A stretch of 64,000 bases of DNA from a virus, in the IMG/VR virus record IMGVR_UViG_3300032308_001684, positions 31,849-95,848 of that record; one strand, 5' to 3'. Below, piece by piece: positions 17,326-25,372 of this stretch (its first letter is position 1; each line of letters starts with the position of its first letter). Made by a program: the position numbers and the translations under genes. Under the pieces are notes generated by a model that saw only the letters and a program-made list of their open reading frames with translations, searched no databases and was not told the origin of the DNA.

Positions 17326-17543
17326 TGGTGTAGGCTACGTTTCCACATCGCCCCTACTTGAGTTGACTTCTCTGTCACTGTGTTTTATTCTCTGCCTAGT
17401 TACAGTTCTAGTCAGCGGTTCGGACTCCCTTATCTTCTATCTTACTGTAGAAAGACAGATGGGCACTCTTCTTAACGGGTCACCGCCCCCGACCCCTCTA
17501 ACGACGGGCCACCGGTACAGATCACGTTCTGTACTGACGGGAT
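17326..17543 (-). ncRNA. candidate pseudoknotted RNA ending in ACCA
   Basis: Six hairpins, complementary loops TACAGT/ACTGTA, terminal GTAGG/CCTAC-ACCA. Confidence 0.55.
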
Positions 17544-17631
17544 TGGCGGAAGCGGTGAGATTCGAACTCACGGTACCTTTCGATACGCTGGTTTTCAAGA
17601 CCAGAGCCATAGACCACTCGACCACACTTCC
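17544..17631 (-). tRNA. tRNA-Ser(TGA)
   Basis: Class II cloverleaf with CCA. Confidence 0.9.
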
Positions 17632-17636
17632 TTACA

Positions 17637-17714
17637 TGGAGCAACAGGTAGGATTCGAACCTACGACTTTACGGGTTTGCAATCCGTTGCATTTGACCAC
17701 TCTGCCACTGTTGC
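17637..17714 (-). tRNA. tRNA-Cys(GCA)
   Basis: Cloverleaf, U73, CCA. Confidence 0.88.
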
Positions 17715-17720
17715 GTTGTT

Positions 17721-17797
17721 TGGCGACCCGGGAAGGATTTGAACCTCCGACATTTGGTTTTGGAGACCAACGTTCTGCCAGACTGAACTACCGAGCC
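17721..17797 (-). tRNA. tRNA-Trp(CCA)
   Basis: Cloverleaf with CCA. Confidence 0.88.
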
Positions 17798-17803
17798 ATT
17801 GTT

Positions 17804-17895
17804 TGGTACCCCCAGCGGGAGTCGAACCCACATGAACCAATTATCTGTTGCTTACGGGATATAAATCCGCCGTTTTACCATTAAACTATAGGGGC
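17804..17895 (-). tRNA. atypical tRNA-Ile(TAT) with long variable region
   Basis: Acceptor, D and T arms normal; TAT anticodon; about 22-nt variable region. Confidence 0.7.
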
Positions 17896-17901
17896 TATAT
17901 T

Positions 17902-17978
17902 TGGCTCCTCAGGGTGGGCTCGAACCACCGACACCTTGATTAACAGTCAAGTGCTTCTACCGACTGAGCTACTGAGGA
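17902..17978 (-). tRNA. tRNA-Asn(GTT)
   Basis: Cloverleaf with CCA. Confidence 0.9.
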
Positions 17979-17985
17979 ATAAACT

Positions 17986-18060
17986 TGGCGGTCCCAAGGG
18001 GAATCGAACCCCTGCCGACGGCGTGACAAGCCGCTATACTTACCGCTATACTATGGGACC
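17986..18060 (-). tRNA. tRNA-Asp(GTC)
   Basis: Cloverleaf with CCA. Confidence 0.9.
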
Positions 18061-18066
18061 AAGAAC

Positions 18067-18150
18067 TGGTGGAGACGGATGGATTCGAACCACCGTGCTG
18101 TTAAGAACAGATTTACAGTCTGCCGCAATCGACCACTCTGCCACATCTCC
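18067..18150 (-). tRNA. tRNA-Tyr(GTA)
   Basis: Class II cloverleaf with CCA. Confidence 0.9.
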
Positions 18151-18345
18151 AGATTTTTAACACACTGTCGCCAGTGTGTGTATCGAAGCACACTACTCAT
18201 CTGCTGACGCAATTTGATTGTTCGGCAATGTGCTTCGATACTCTGTGATTTTTCACACTACAAGAAGTGCTCCATCCCACAGGCCGCCCGTTCGTCCATG
18301 TTTAGAGTGCAGACTGGGACCTCGTTTCCCTTAACACTTTTGCTA

Positions 18346-18519
18346 TCAATTTACACTAAACGTTGGCGCTTTGGCTAACGATTCGCGATATAGTCTAGCA
18401 CGTTCAAACTTATCTTGAATAAGTTTTTGAAGCTGTTCTTGAGAGATTTCTCCAAAAGCAGTTTCATAAGCCTGTTCAACGATGCGTTCGTTTAATTTTT
18501 CGTAATCTATCTTTTCCAT
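18346..18519 (-). CDS. 57-aa hypothetical protein, first gene after the attenuator
   Basis: MEKIDYEKLNERIVEQAYETAFG...; AAGGA RBS. Confidence 0.65.
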   Translation of the reverse strand: MEKIDYEKLNERIVEQAYETAFGEISQEQLQKLIQDKFERARLYRESLAKAPTFSVN

Positions 18520-18532
18520 TTTTCCTTTTTGT

Positions 18533-18571
18533 ATAAAAACAAAGCCCCGGAGTGTTTAGTTCCGGGGCTCT
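18533..18571 (-). terminator. intrinsic terminator of the leader attenuator
   Basis: AGAGCCCCGGA-9 nt loop-TCCGGGGCTTT then GTTTTT. Confidence 0.85.
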
Positions 18572-18612
18572 GTGTAGAATAAGTTACTATCTGACTTCTA
18601 CTCAGAACCCCC
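18564..18612 (-). promoter_or_regulatory. antiterminator helix
   Basis: GGGGTTCTGAGTAGAA pairs with TTCTACACAGAGCCCC (15 of 16 positions) and sequesters the terminator 5' arm. Confidence 0.8.
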
Positions 18613-18714
18613 GACCCCGATCGCATCATTACGTAGGCAGGTAGGATGCCACAAGAGACTTGTTGGCTCCATCTGTTTAAATGATATTGAATAGGATCTT
18701 TGTGTGTTCATCAT
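18598..18714 (-). CDS. attenuator leader peptide containing all 20 amino acids
   Basis: MMNTQRSYSISFKQMEPTSLLWHPTCLRNDAIGVGGSE*. Confidence 0.75.
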   Translation of the reverse strand: MMNTQRSYSISFKQMEPTSLLWHPTCLRNDAIGVGGSE

Positions 18715-18721
18715 AGTATCT

Positions 18722-18750
18722 ATTGTATGCGTTTATTTATTCCTGGTCAA
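18722..18750 (-). promoter_or_regulatory. tRNA operon promoter
   Basis: TTGACC-N17-TACAAT, ATG 7 nt downstream; TAAATA inside the spacer. Confidence 0.8.
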
Positions 18751-18770
18751 CCCCTGGTTTACCTTTTTAC

Positions 18771-18806
18771 AACAAAAAACCCTACACAAGGTAGGGTTTT
18801 TGTTTT
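18771..18806. terminator. bidirectional intrinsic terminator
   Basis: AACAAAAAACCCTAC-ACAAG-GTAGGGTTTTTGTTTT. Confidence 0.8.
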
Positions 18807-18819
18807 GCTTGTCTACCTA

Positions 18820-19779
18820 TCAAGCCTTGCGTTCAATTGCCTCAACCAGTCCTGGTGTGAACGTGTCACGGAACTGATCATAGACACCTGACAATGCTAC
18901 CTTAGCGGCGTCGCGTTGTTCTTGTGTCCACTTGACAATGTTGGCACCTTCTTCTTGAACTAGACGCTGTTCGGCACGAGCACCATCACGGATGGTCTCA
19001 GCACGTTCTTCACGTCCTGCAAGAATAGCGGCTTGCTTGATCACGGCCTGAACTTCAGGGCTCATTGTGGCCCAGAACTTGTCACCAATGATCATTGATG
19101 TGAGGAACAAGCTGTGGCCTGTGTCAATCACTGACTTGGTAACTTCATTCTGACGCAATGGGTACATACGTGGGTAGTTGGTTTCGCCACCTTCGGCTTC
19201 GCCGTCGACCACTACTTGGCGCAGGTCTTCTACTTCAGCAACAACAGGCTTCATGCCCAGTGCAGAAATAGTTGCTTGTGCAACAGGGTTACGGTTTGAA
19301 CGAACTGCTGTACCAGCAAGCTCTTCTAAAGTGCTAACTTTCTTGTTAGCAATCATCTGACGGAAACCGCCAGAGTATGTGAAACTCAATCCACGTACAT
19401 TAGACTTGTCAGTGAGTTTGTTGAGAAGAGTCTCTCCAACTTCACCTTCTAGCACACGGGTAGCATGCTCATGATCTTTAAACAAGAAAGGAAGATCAAA
19501 TACCAAGAAGTCTTGTTCATACTTCTCAGCAAGCCATGTGGTGTACATCTGGCTCATTTCAATCTTGCCTGCTTCCATGAGATCTAGCAAATCATGCTTG
19601 GTGACCACAACACCATCGTTATAACGCTGGCTGTACTCTGAAAGAGTCATGATTTCAACTTCGATCTTGTGCTCGCTTTGTTGTTCGTTTACACGACGCT
19701 CAAAGTCTTCAGCGGCACGAAGGAAAAGGTTTAAAGGCTCATGGGCGATAACCCAACGAATCTTAGTAGTTTTGCTCAT
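18820..19779 (-). CDS. dctP: TRAP transporter substrate-binding protein, DctP-like, no evident signal peptide
   Basis: VFDLPFLFKDHEH, GFRQ, conserved Arg (AVRS), GGETN. Confidence 0.8.
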   Translation of the reverse strand: MSKTTKIRWVIAHEPLNLFLRAAEDFERRVNEQQSEHKIEVEIMTLSEYSQRYNDGVVVTKHDLLDLMEAGKIEMSQMYTTWLAEKYEQDFLVFDLPFLFKDHEHATRVLEGEVGETLLNKLTDKSNVRGLSFTYSGGFRQMIANKKVSTLEELAGTAVRSNRNPVAQATISALGMKPVVAEVEDLRQVVVDGEAEGGETNYPRMYPLRQNEVTKSVIDTGHSLFLTSMIIGDKFWATMSPEVQAVIKQAAILAGREERAETIRDGARAEQRLVQEEGANIVKWTQEQRDAAKVALSGVYDQFRDTFTPGLVEAIERKA

Positions 19780-19922
19780 TTTTTATATCCAAATTTGGTA
19801 GTTTAAATGTGCTCGCGATTGCTCGCTACGGTTCGGCGTTCTAGGCATAACATGCTAGTAAATGGGTTTTACCCAAGGCGTCGTTGTAACCGGCGTCGAT
19901 CACCTGACCGGCGCTGCCATTA

Positions 19923-20822
19923 TTATTTAGCCAGTTTCACACCTTGGCTCAGGCGTTTCCACAGGGTAACTTGTGAATCAAACCAACGCTGTGTGGCGGT
20001 AGCGTCAAGATTGCTGGGCTCGCAGTAGTCCACAGCATAAGCTCGTTGTACGCTGGCAGCTTTGGCAGCTTCAACAACCATGCCACGAAGTTCATTGTAC
20101 TGTGTGTCGGGCATGGATCGGGGTACTTGTAAGCTGTGCATGTTGACCACTTCGCCTACTCCAGCAAAGCCCTGACTTTCTAAAGTAGGAACTCCACGCA
20201 CAGTTCGACGTCCAGAGATGCCCAGGGCATGTAGATCGCCTTTGTCTAAGAATCCTTCAACTTCTCCCAGGAATGCCACACTGAGTTCAATGTTGCCTGA
20301 GATGACATCCATGCTGGCTTCACGTGTGCCTTTGTAGGGCACTGGCTGTGCATTGGGGAAACGCTTGACAATCTCCATGGCCATCAAGTGCGATGTAGCA
20401 CCCAAACCAGAGATACCAATGTTGATGGGCTTTGACTTGTCAACTTCCTGCCAGCTACGATATTTTTTGCTCACAATGACCATGGGTGCGGCACACTGTG
20501 TCATCAATGGCCGGAAGTCTGCCACTGAGTGACTTTCTTCAGGATAAAAGTTTGGGCGAACAAAGAAGGCAGTAGATGCACTCAATACAGTGTTAGGGGT
20601 GGTTGCTACGTGTTTGGCACCAATGGTTGCTCCTGCTCCTGGTTTGTTTTCCAAGATGAATGTGTATTTCTTTTGATTCTTGTTGAGCTCTTCAACAAGA
20701 CTACGGCTGTATTGTGCTTGTGTGTCGCCCATGCCAAAGGGCCATATGATAGATACGGTCTGTTGTGCTTGAGACGAAAGCGATGCCAATGTGACGGCAC
20801 TGGCGATTAAAAACTTTTTCAT
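19923..20822 (-). CDS. TctC/Bug periplasmic binding protein
   Basis: Signal peptide, ENKPGAGATIG, VPYKG, VPTLES. Confidence 0.85.
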   Translation of the reverse strand: MKKFLIASAVTLASLSSQAQQTVSIIWPFGMGDTQAQYSRSLVEELNKNQKKYTFILENKPGAGATIGAKHVATTPNTVLSASTAFFVRPNFYPEESHSVADFRPLMTQCAAPMVIVSKKYRSWQEVDKSKPINIGISGLGATSHLMAMEIVKRFPNAQPVPYKGTREASMDVISGNIELSVAFLGEVEGFLDKGDLHALGISGRRTVRGVPTLESQGFAGVGEVVNMHSLQVPRSMPDTQYNELRGMVVEAAKAASVQRAYAVDYCEPSNLDATATQRWFDSQVTLWKRLSQGVKLAK

Positions 20823-22003
20823 TTGAGTAATCCTTGTATGATGTCGGTATTTACATAGTCTGTGGGGCCCAGGTCATAGAACTTGTCCATGAACCCAACA
20901 AAGCCCACAGCACGACCCTGTTCGTAGGTAAAGAACTTAGAGTCAATGGTGTTGACCATGTGGGCTAATCCTGCTTCCCATACTTGATAGAAGCGAGTGT
21001 CTTTGAAGTTCTTAAAGAACCACCAAGTCATTTCTGAGTAGAAGTTATTGGTTGACTTTGTGGTTTGCCAAGTTGTTGGATCGTAGTCAGGATAGATCAG
21101 CGGCTTGGCCAGTTGTTCGTAGGCACCTCGCTGTGCCACTGAGTGATTAGGCCAGCGTACCAAGAACTGCAAATGCTTGGCATGGTCTGTCATAAACCAG
21201 TTACGTATGGTATGTGCTTGTTTGATAATGAGTTCTGGCAAATCAGCTTGCCAGTAAAAATACTCTGTGGTAATGTTGTTGTAAGGACCACGTTGATTTT
21301 GACTGTGGTTGGCCTGGATGTCAAGAAAGTACATGTACCAACGACCGTCTTTGATACAGACCTTGGGCTTGTCAACACCATAAAGAACACAGATTTGTTT
21401 GCCTGATTCTGCCAACAGTTTGTGACTGCTCATGCCCAACGGATCGTGTTTGAATGTGTGTTCAGGATGTAAGTAATCTTTGGCGTTGTTGACCCAGGAC
21501 TCATCACCTTTATAATCAAGTATGTTTTGACTAAAGTCATGCATGGTGATCTTGATGTTAGGGTGTGTGACCGCTAGTTTTTGTAATATGGGCTTGGCCG
21601 CAAAGTGCCACTCTGACAAAGTGTTCTCAGCTTTCATATTTTTGGCATCAGGGCCAAGATTTTTATCGCCCTGTGCTGGATAGCGAAACACCACTTCGTC
21701 TAGGTGTATGTTGTTGTTGATAAAACTGTAGAGCACTGTAGCAGAGTCTGAACCACCTGAGAACTCTAGTCGAATGTAATCGTATCGATCTCTCAACTGT
21801 TGCGCTCGCATGCGATAGAGTTCTCGCAAGCTCAGTTGTGGTTCCTTGGTTGTGTCCATACGAGAAAAAACTTCTCGGTTAAAGTTCCAAGTTGGAAACT
21901 GGCCAGTGGCCGTGGCCTCTAGCAGAGCTTGAGGTTTGGAATAGAAGTTTTTACCATTGACTGTGTAAAAACCAAGTTTGGGATTGTTTTCGAGAAGTTC
22001 CAT
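20819..22003 (-). CDS. PP-loop protein
   Basis: EFSGGSDS; paralog of 2775-3986. Confidence 0.7.
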   Translation of the reverse strand: MELLENNPKLGFYTVNGKNFYSKPQALLEATATGQFPTWNFNREVFSRMDTTKEPQLSLRELYRMRAQQLRDRYDYIRLEFSGGSDSATVLYSFINNNIHLDEVVFRYPAQGDKNLGPDAKNMKAENTLSEWHFAAKPILQKLAVTHPNIKITMHDFSQNILDYKGDESWVNNAKDYLHPEHTFKHDPLGMSSHKLLAESGKQICVLYGVDKPKVCIKDGRWYMYFLDIQANHSQNQRGPYNNITTEYFYWQADLPELIIKQAHTIRNWFMTDHAKHLQFLVRWPNHSVAQRGAYEQLAKPLIYPDYDPTTWQTTKSTNNFYSEMTWWFFKNFKDTRFYQVWEAGLAHMVNTIDSKFFTYEQGRAVGFVGFMDKFYDLGPTDYVNTDIIQGLLK

Positions 22004-22014
22004 GAGCGGAGTAT

Positions 22015-22800
22015 TTAAAGATCAAAGCCCGTGGAGGAAACATTTAGCACTTGATTTGTTTTGGACATGTCGGCACAGGTATATCTTTGATAGCTGTTTC
22101 TAAGCTGTTCAGGCAATGGTATTTCTTCAATGGGCACATCAAACTGTTCAGCAATTTCATAAAAGCTCTTGGTCTTTCCTGTGCCTACATTAAACACACC
22201 ACTGGCTGACACTTTTAAAAACTTTAGATGCATTTCAACAACTTCCTGCACAGGAATAAAATCTCGGCAAGACTCTCTACTGCCTTCAAACACCTGTATG
22301 CGGCCAGTCTCTCGAGCTTGTTTGGCAAACTGAGAAAATGGACTGGCCTGCGAGCCTTTATGGTCTTCGCCAGTACCATACACATTAAAGTATCGAAATC
22401 CTTGTACTGTGTTCTTGCCTTGATTTCTAGCATGATGCCGTTCAAACAGATATTTAGACCAAGCATAGGGAGTTCTTGGATCTGCTGGAGCATCTTCTGT
22501 AAACACAGTACCAAGCCCATACACGCTGGCACTGCTGGAATACTGCATGTTTACCTCATAGAATCTGCAGGCATCAAACAGCTGGCGACTAAAGTCATAG
22601 TTCTGTGTGAGTATTTTGTCAATGTCTCGCTCTGTGGTACTGCTGATGGCACCCATGTGTATGACCCAATCTTGTTCAGCCACACTGGGCATGTTTCCAT
22701 CATTCCAATCATAGGTTGAAACAGAATGGCCTTCGCGCTCAAGAGCCTGGAGCATGTTACTACCAATAAATCCTCTGTGTCCTGTAAGCAATATTTTCAT
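22015..22800 (-). CDS. hldD: ADP-L-glycero-D-manno-heptose 6-epimerase-like
   Basis: GHRGFIG, GAISSTTE, YAWSK, RYFNVYG..EDHKG, YQRYTCAD. Confidence 0.8.
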   Translation of the reverse strand: MKILLTGHRGFIGSNMLQALEREGHSVSTYDWNDGNMPSVAEQDWVIHMGAISSTTERDIDKILTQNYDFSRQLFDACRFYEVNMQYSSSASVYGLGTVFTEDAPADPRTPYAWSKYLFERHHARNQGKNTVQGFRYFNVYGTGEDHKGSQASPFSQFAKQARETGRIQVFEGSRESCRDFIPVQEVVEMHLKFLKVSASGVFNVGTGKTKSFYEIAEQFDVPIEEIPLPEQLRNSYQRYTCADMSKTNQVLNVSSTGFDL

Positions 22801-23156
22801 TGTTGACTGTCCCCTGGCACGATTCGATAGTTGTCTTCAACAGAATCAGCAGTGCTGATCTCAAGTATGGTACCAGCTTCTAGACAAGTAACACGATGTG
22901 GCACCATGGGATCATTGTGATGTGTGGCACCTTGTTGTAATATTTTTTTAGTGATTGTAGCATTGGCAGTATTGATAGTTTCTACTTCAAACTTTCCGCT
23001 TTGAACATACCATGTTTCCATCTTATCTCTATGGAAGTGCATGCTGAACTGACCGCCTGTTTCAAAGTTTAGAAACTTACCGCAATAGCAATCGTTAGTA
23101 GCCCAGATATATTCAGAACCCCATCCTTTTGGCACTAGACCTTTTAACTGTGTCAT
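22797..23156 (-). CDS. cupin-domain sugar isomerase-like protein
   Basis: KGWG.E, SMHFH..K.E, EIST.D. Confidence 0.7.
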   Translation of the reverse strand: MTQLKGLVPKGWGSEYIWATNDCYCGKFLNFETGGQFSMHFHRDKMETWYVQSGKFEVETINTANATITKKILQQGATHHNDPMVPHRVTCLEAGTILEISTADSVEDNYRIVPGDSQQ

Positions 23157-23917
23157 TGTATCTCCTCCAAGGTAGGAGCATACACTCCTAGATGTTGTAC
23201 TGTGATGCCCGCGGCGCGATTAGCAAACTCAATGGCTGTCTGCATTTCTCCAGTGATTAAAAACTGGTAGCACAATGCCGCTAAAAAAGTATCTCCTGCA
23301 CCAGTGACATCTGTTATCTCTACTCGCTGTGCAGAACACTGCCAACCATTCCATTCAGCACCTTGATCACCATGTGTGATCACTAGCCATTGAGAATCGG
23401 GCAAAGTTTTTAACAAACTATGTTCAAGTTCGTTGATCTTGATGTAACAACCATTGAGCCGTGCTAGATCAGTCTTTTTGGTATCAATAAAGATTGGAAT
23501 GGTAACTGCGTTGATCAACTCTTCAATCAGGTCGTAGCTGATCGTACCTTTGTTGTAGTCACTGATCACAATGGCATCGTAAACATTGGGGATCTCAGAA
23601 TCAAACTCTATGGGATTACTGATTGCATCTTGGTCAATGCGCACAATATGTTGTTTGGTACGTTGATCAATCAGTCGAGTTTTCTTGCTGATTTGGCCGT
23701 GCAAAAAATCCACATCGCATCCTAATGTTTTTAGATTTTTGCTGACATTATTGGCCATGCCGCCCAGTGTGATTTCGTTGATTGGCTCAAACACAGGCAC
23801 AGGAGCTTCAGGGCTAATACGATGAACTGCTCCATAGATATAGGTATCTATGCAAGCATCACCGATTAATAATATCTTGAATTTTTTTAGTGGTTGAGTA
23901 TTCATTGAGTCGATCAA
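23153..23917 (-). CDS. heptose-7-phosphate kinase (RfaE/HldE domain I, PfkB family)
   Basis: RISPEAPVPV, SDYNKG, DVTGAGDTF. Confidence 0.85.
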   Translation of the reverse strand: MIDSMNTQPLKKFKILLIGDACIDTYIYGAVHRISPEAPVPVFEPINEITLGGMANNVSKNLKTLGCDVDFLHGQISKKTRLIDQRTKQHIVRIDQDAISNPIEFDSEIPNVYDAIVISDYNKGTISYDLIEELINAVTIPIFIDTKKTDLARLNGCYIKINELEHSLLKTLPDSQWLVITHGDQGAEWNGWQCSAQRVEITDVTGAGDTFLAALCYQFLITGEMQTAIEFANRAAGITVQHLGVYAPTLEEIQ

Positions 23918-24251
23918 AAAATATCAGTTGTTTGGCGTGAGTCTTGCCGATTACAGATTGGTCTTGATAATCACTGCCTTTGACCAAAATATCTGCACTG
24001 CTGATGATATCTATCAAGTCTTGGTCAGTGTCGAATATTTTTACTTCATCCACTGCCCGAAGATTCCTCAGCATTTCTTGACGCTCATACTCATTGTTGA
24101 CAGGCCTAGTTGGCCCTTTGAGCTCTTTGACTCTACGGTCAGAATCTATAGCTACCAAAAGATGATCTCCCAAACTCCGGGCATGATTTAGCAAAGCCAA
24201 ATGCCCGGAGTGCAGGATGTCAAATGTTCCATTGACTACTACTTGTTTCAT
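23859..24251 (-). CDS. heptose-1-phosphate adenylyltransferase (RfaE/HldE domain II)
   Basis: NGTFDILHSGH, LKGPTRP, VKGSDY, YSTT. Confidence 0.85.
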   Translation of the reverse strand: MKQVVVNGTFDILHSGHLALLNHARSLGDHLLVAIDSDRRVKELKGPTRPVNNEYERQEMLRNLRAVDEVKIFDTDQDLIDIISSADILVKGSDYQDQSVIGKTHAKQLIFFDRLNEYSTTKKIQDIINR

Positions 24252-24763
24252 TAGCTGTTAAGCACACGAGCCACAGAAGTAATCACAGACGCAATGCGAC
24301 CAATGTCACGAAGTTGCTCTACAGAGTAACCTTCTTTTCTCAAGGTTTCGTAGTGCGCTTTTACGCAGAAGTGGCACTTGCCAACGATACTGGCGGCTAG
24401 ACTGTAGCTCTCAAAACGAGCCTTGGTTGTTCCACCATGGGAGCTGATAGCATTCATGCGTAACTGCGCTGGCAAACCTGTGAGTCGCTCGTCCTCGGCC
24501 ATTTCAACGTAGGGATACCATACATTGTTCATGGCCATCAAACTGGCCGCAGTCAAGGCCGCGTCTCTTTCAGTGGCATCTTCAATGCCTGACTGTATAA
24601 ATGTAACGAGTTTTCCATTGCCTGTTGCCATAGCGGCTGCGAGAGCACAGCCATTGGCTTCAACAGGATCAAGAGTGCTACGATTAACAACGCTGTCAAG
24701 ATTGAGACGTGTGTCTTTTGCATATTCAGGCAATGCCTCTTTGATTTGATCTACCCATGACAT
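24251..24763 (-). CDS. ahpD: alkyl hydroperoxide reductase AhpD
   Basis: LPEYAKD.RLNL, MAMNNVWY, CHFCVKAH. Confidence 0.92.
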   Translation of the reverse strand: MSWVDQIKEALPEYAKDTRLNLDSVVNRSTLDPVEANGCALAAAMATGNGKLVTFIQSGIEDATERDAALTAASLMAMNNVWYPYVEMAEDERLTGLPAQLRMNAISSHGGTTKARFESYSLAASIVGKCHFCVKAHYETLRKEGYSVEQLRDIGRIASVITSVARVLNS

Positions 24764-25317
24764 TACAATGTCTCTCCGCCCACTGCACGGTTACAAGCAC
24801 ACTTCTCGCCAGTTTGCAATGCGTCTAATACACGCAATGTTTCTTCTGGGCTACGACCCACGTTCAAGTTATTCACAGTAACGTGTTGGATAACGTTGTC
24901 TGGATCAACGATAAATGTAGCACGAAGTGCGGCACCTGCTGGAGCATAGAACACGCCTAGTTGTTCAATCAAACTTACACCACCGCGTTCTTCGCCGGGC
25001 TGATGACGTGCAGTATCTGCAAATTGAATGTGACGGATCTTGCCCAAATCTTCATGACTACGTTGCCATGCCAGTTTGCAGAACTCATTGTCTGTGCTAC
25101 CTGTCAGCAATACTGCATCACGGTCAGCAAAGTCCTGGAACAGCTTATCGTATGCAACAATCTCAGTTGGACATACAAATGTAAAGTCCTTTGGATAGTA
25201 AACGATTACTTTCCACTTGCCAGCAAATGATTCTTCAGTGATGGTAAAGAAATCATCTTTACCTGGGTTAACGCCAGTGATGGCAAACTTTTCGATTTTA
25301 TTTCCTACTGTTTTCAT
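24763..25317 (-). CDS. ahpC: peroxiredoxin AhpC
   Basis: YPKDFTFVCPTE, VGRS..E.LR.LDALQ. Confidence 0.95.
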   Translation of the reverse strand: MKTVGNKIEKFAITGVNPGKDDFFTITEESFAGKWKVIVYYPKDFTFVCPTEIVAYDKLFQDFADRDAVLLTGSTDNEFCKLAWQRSHEDLGKIRHIQFADTARHQPGEERGGVSLIEQLGVFYAPAGAALRATFIVDPDNVIQHVTVNNLNVGRSPEETLRVLDALQTGEKCACNRAVGGETL

Positions 25318-25372
25318 AACTTCTCCTTAGTGTTAAAAATTTGAAAGCTCTCAGTGTTTATACTGATGCTTT

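Noticed and set aside
16554-18160. ORF-track ORFs across the tRNA array (e.g. 17321-17884 +, 16684-16998 -)
   Set aside because: They overlap tRNA genes and are shadow frames.
12335-18160. HDV-like theta ribozymes at tRNA 3' ends
   Set aside because: No nested double-pseudoknot pattern was recognised by eye after any CCA; a descriptor search would be needed to exclude it fully.
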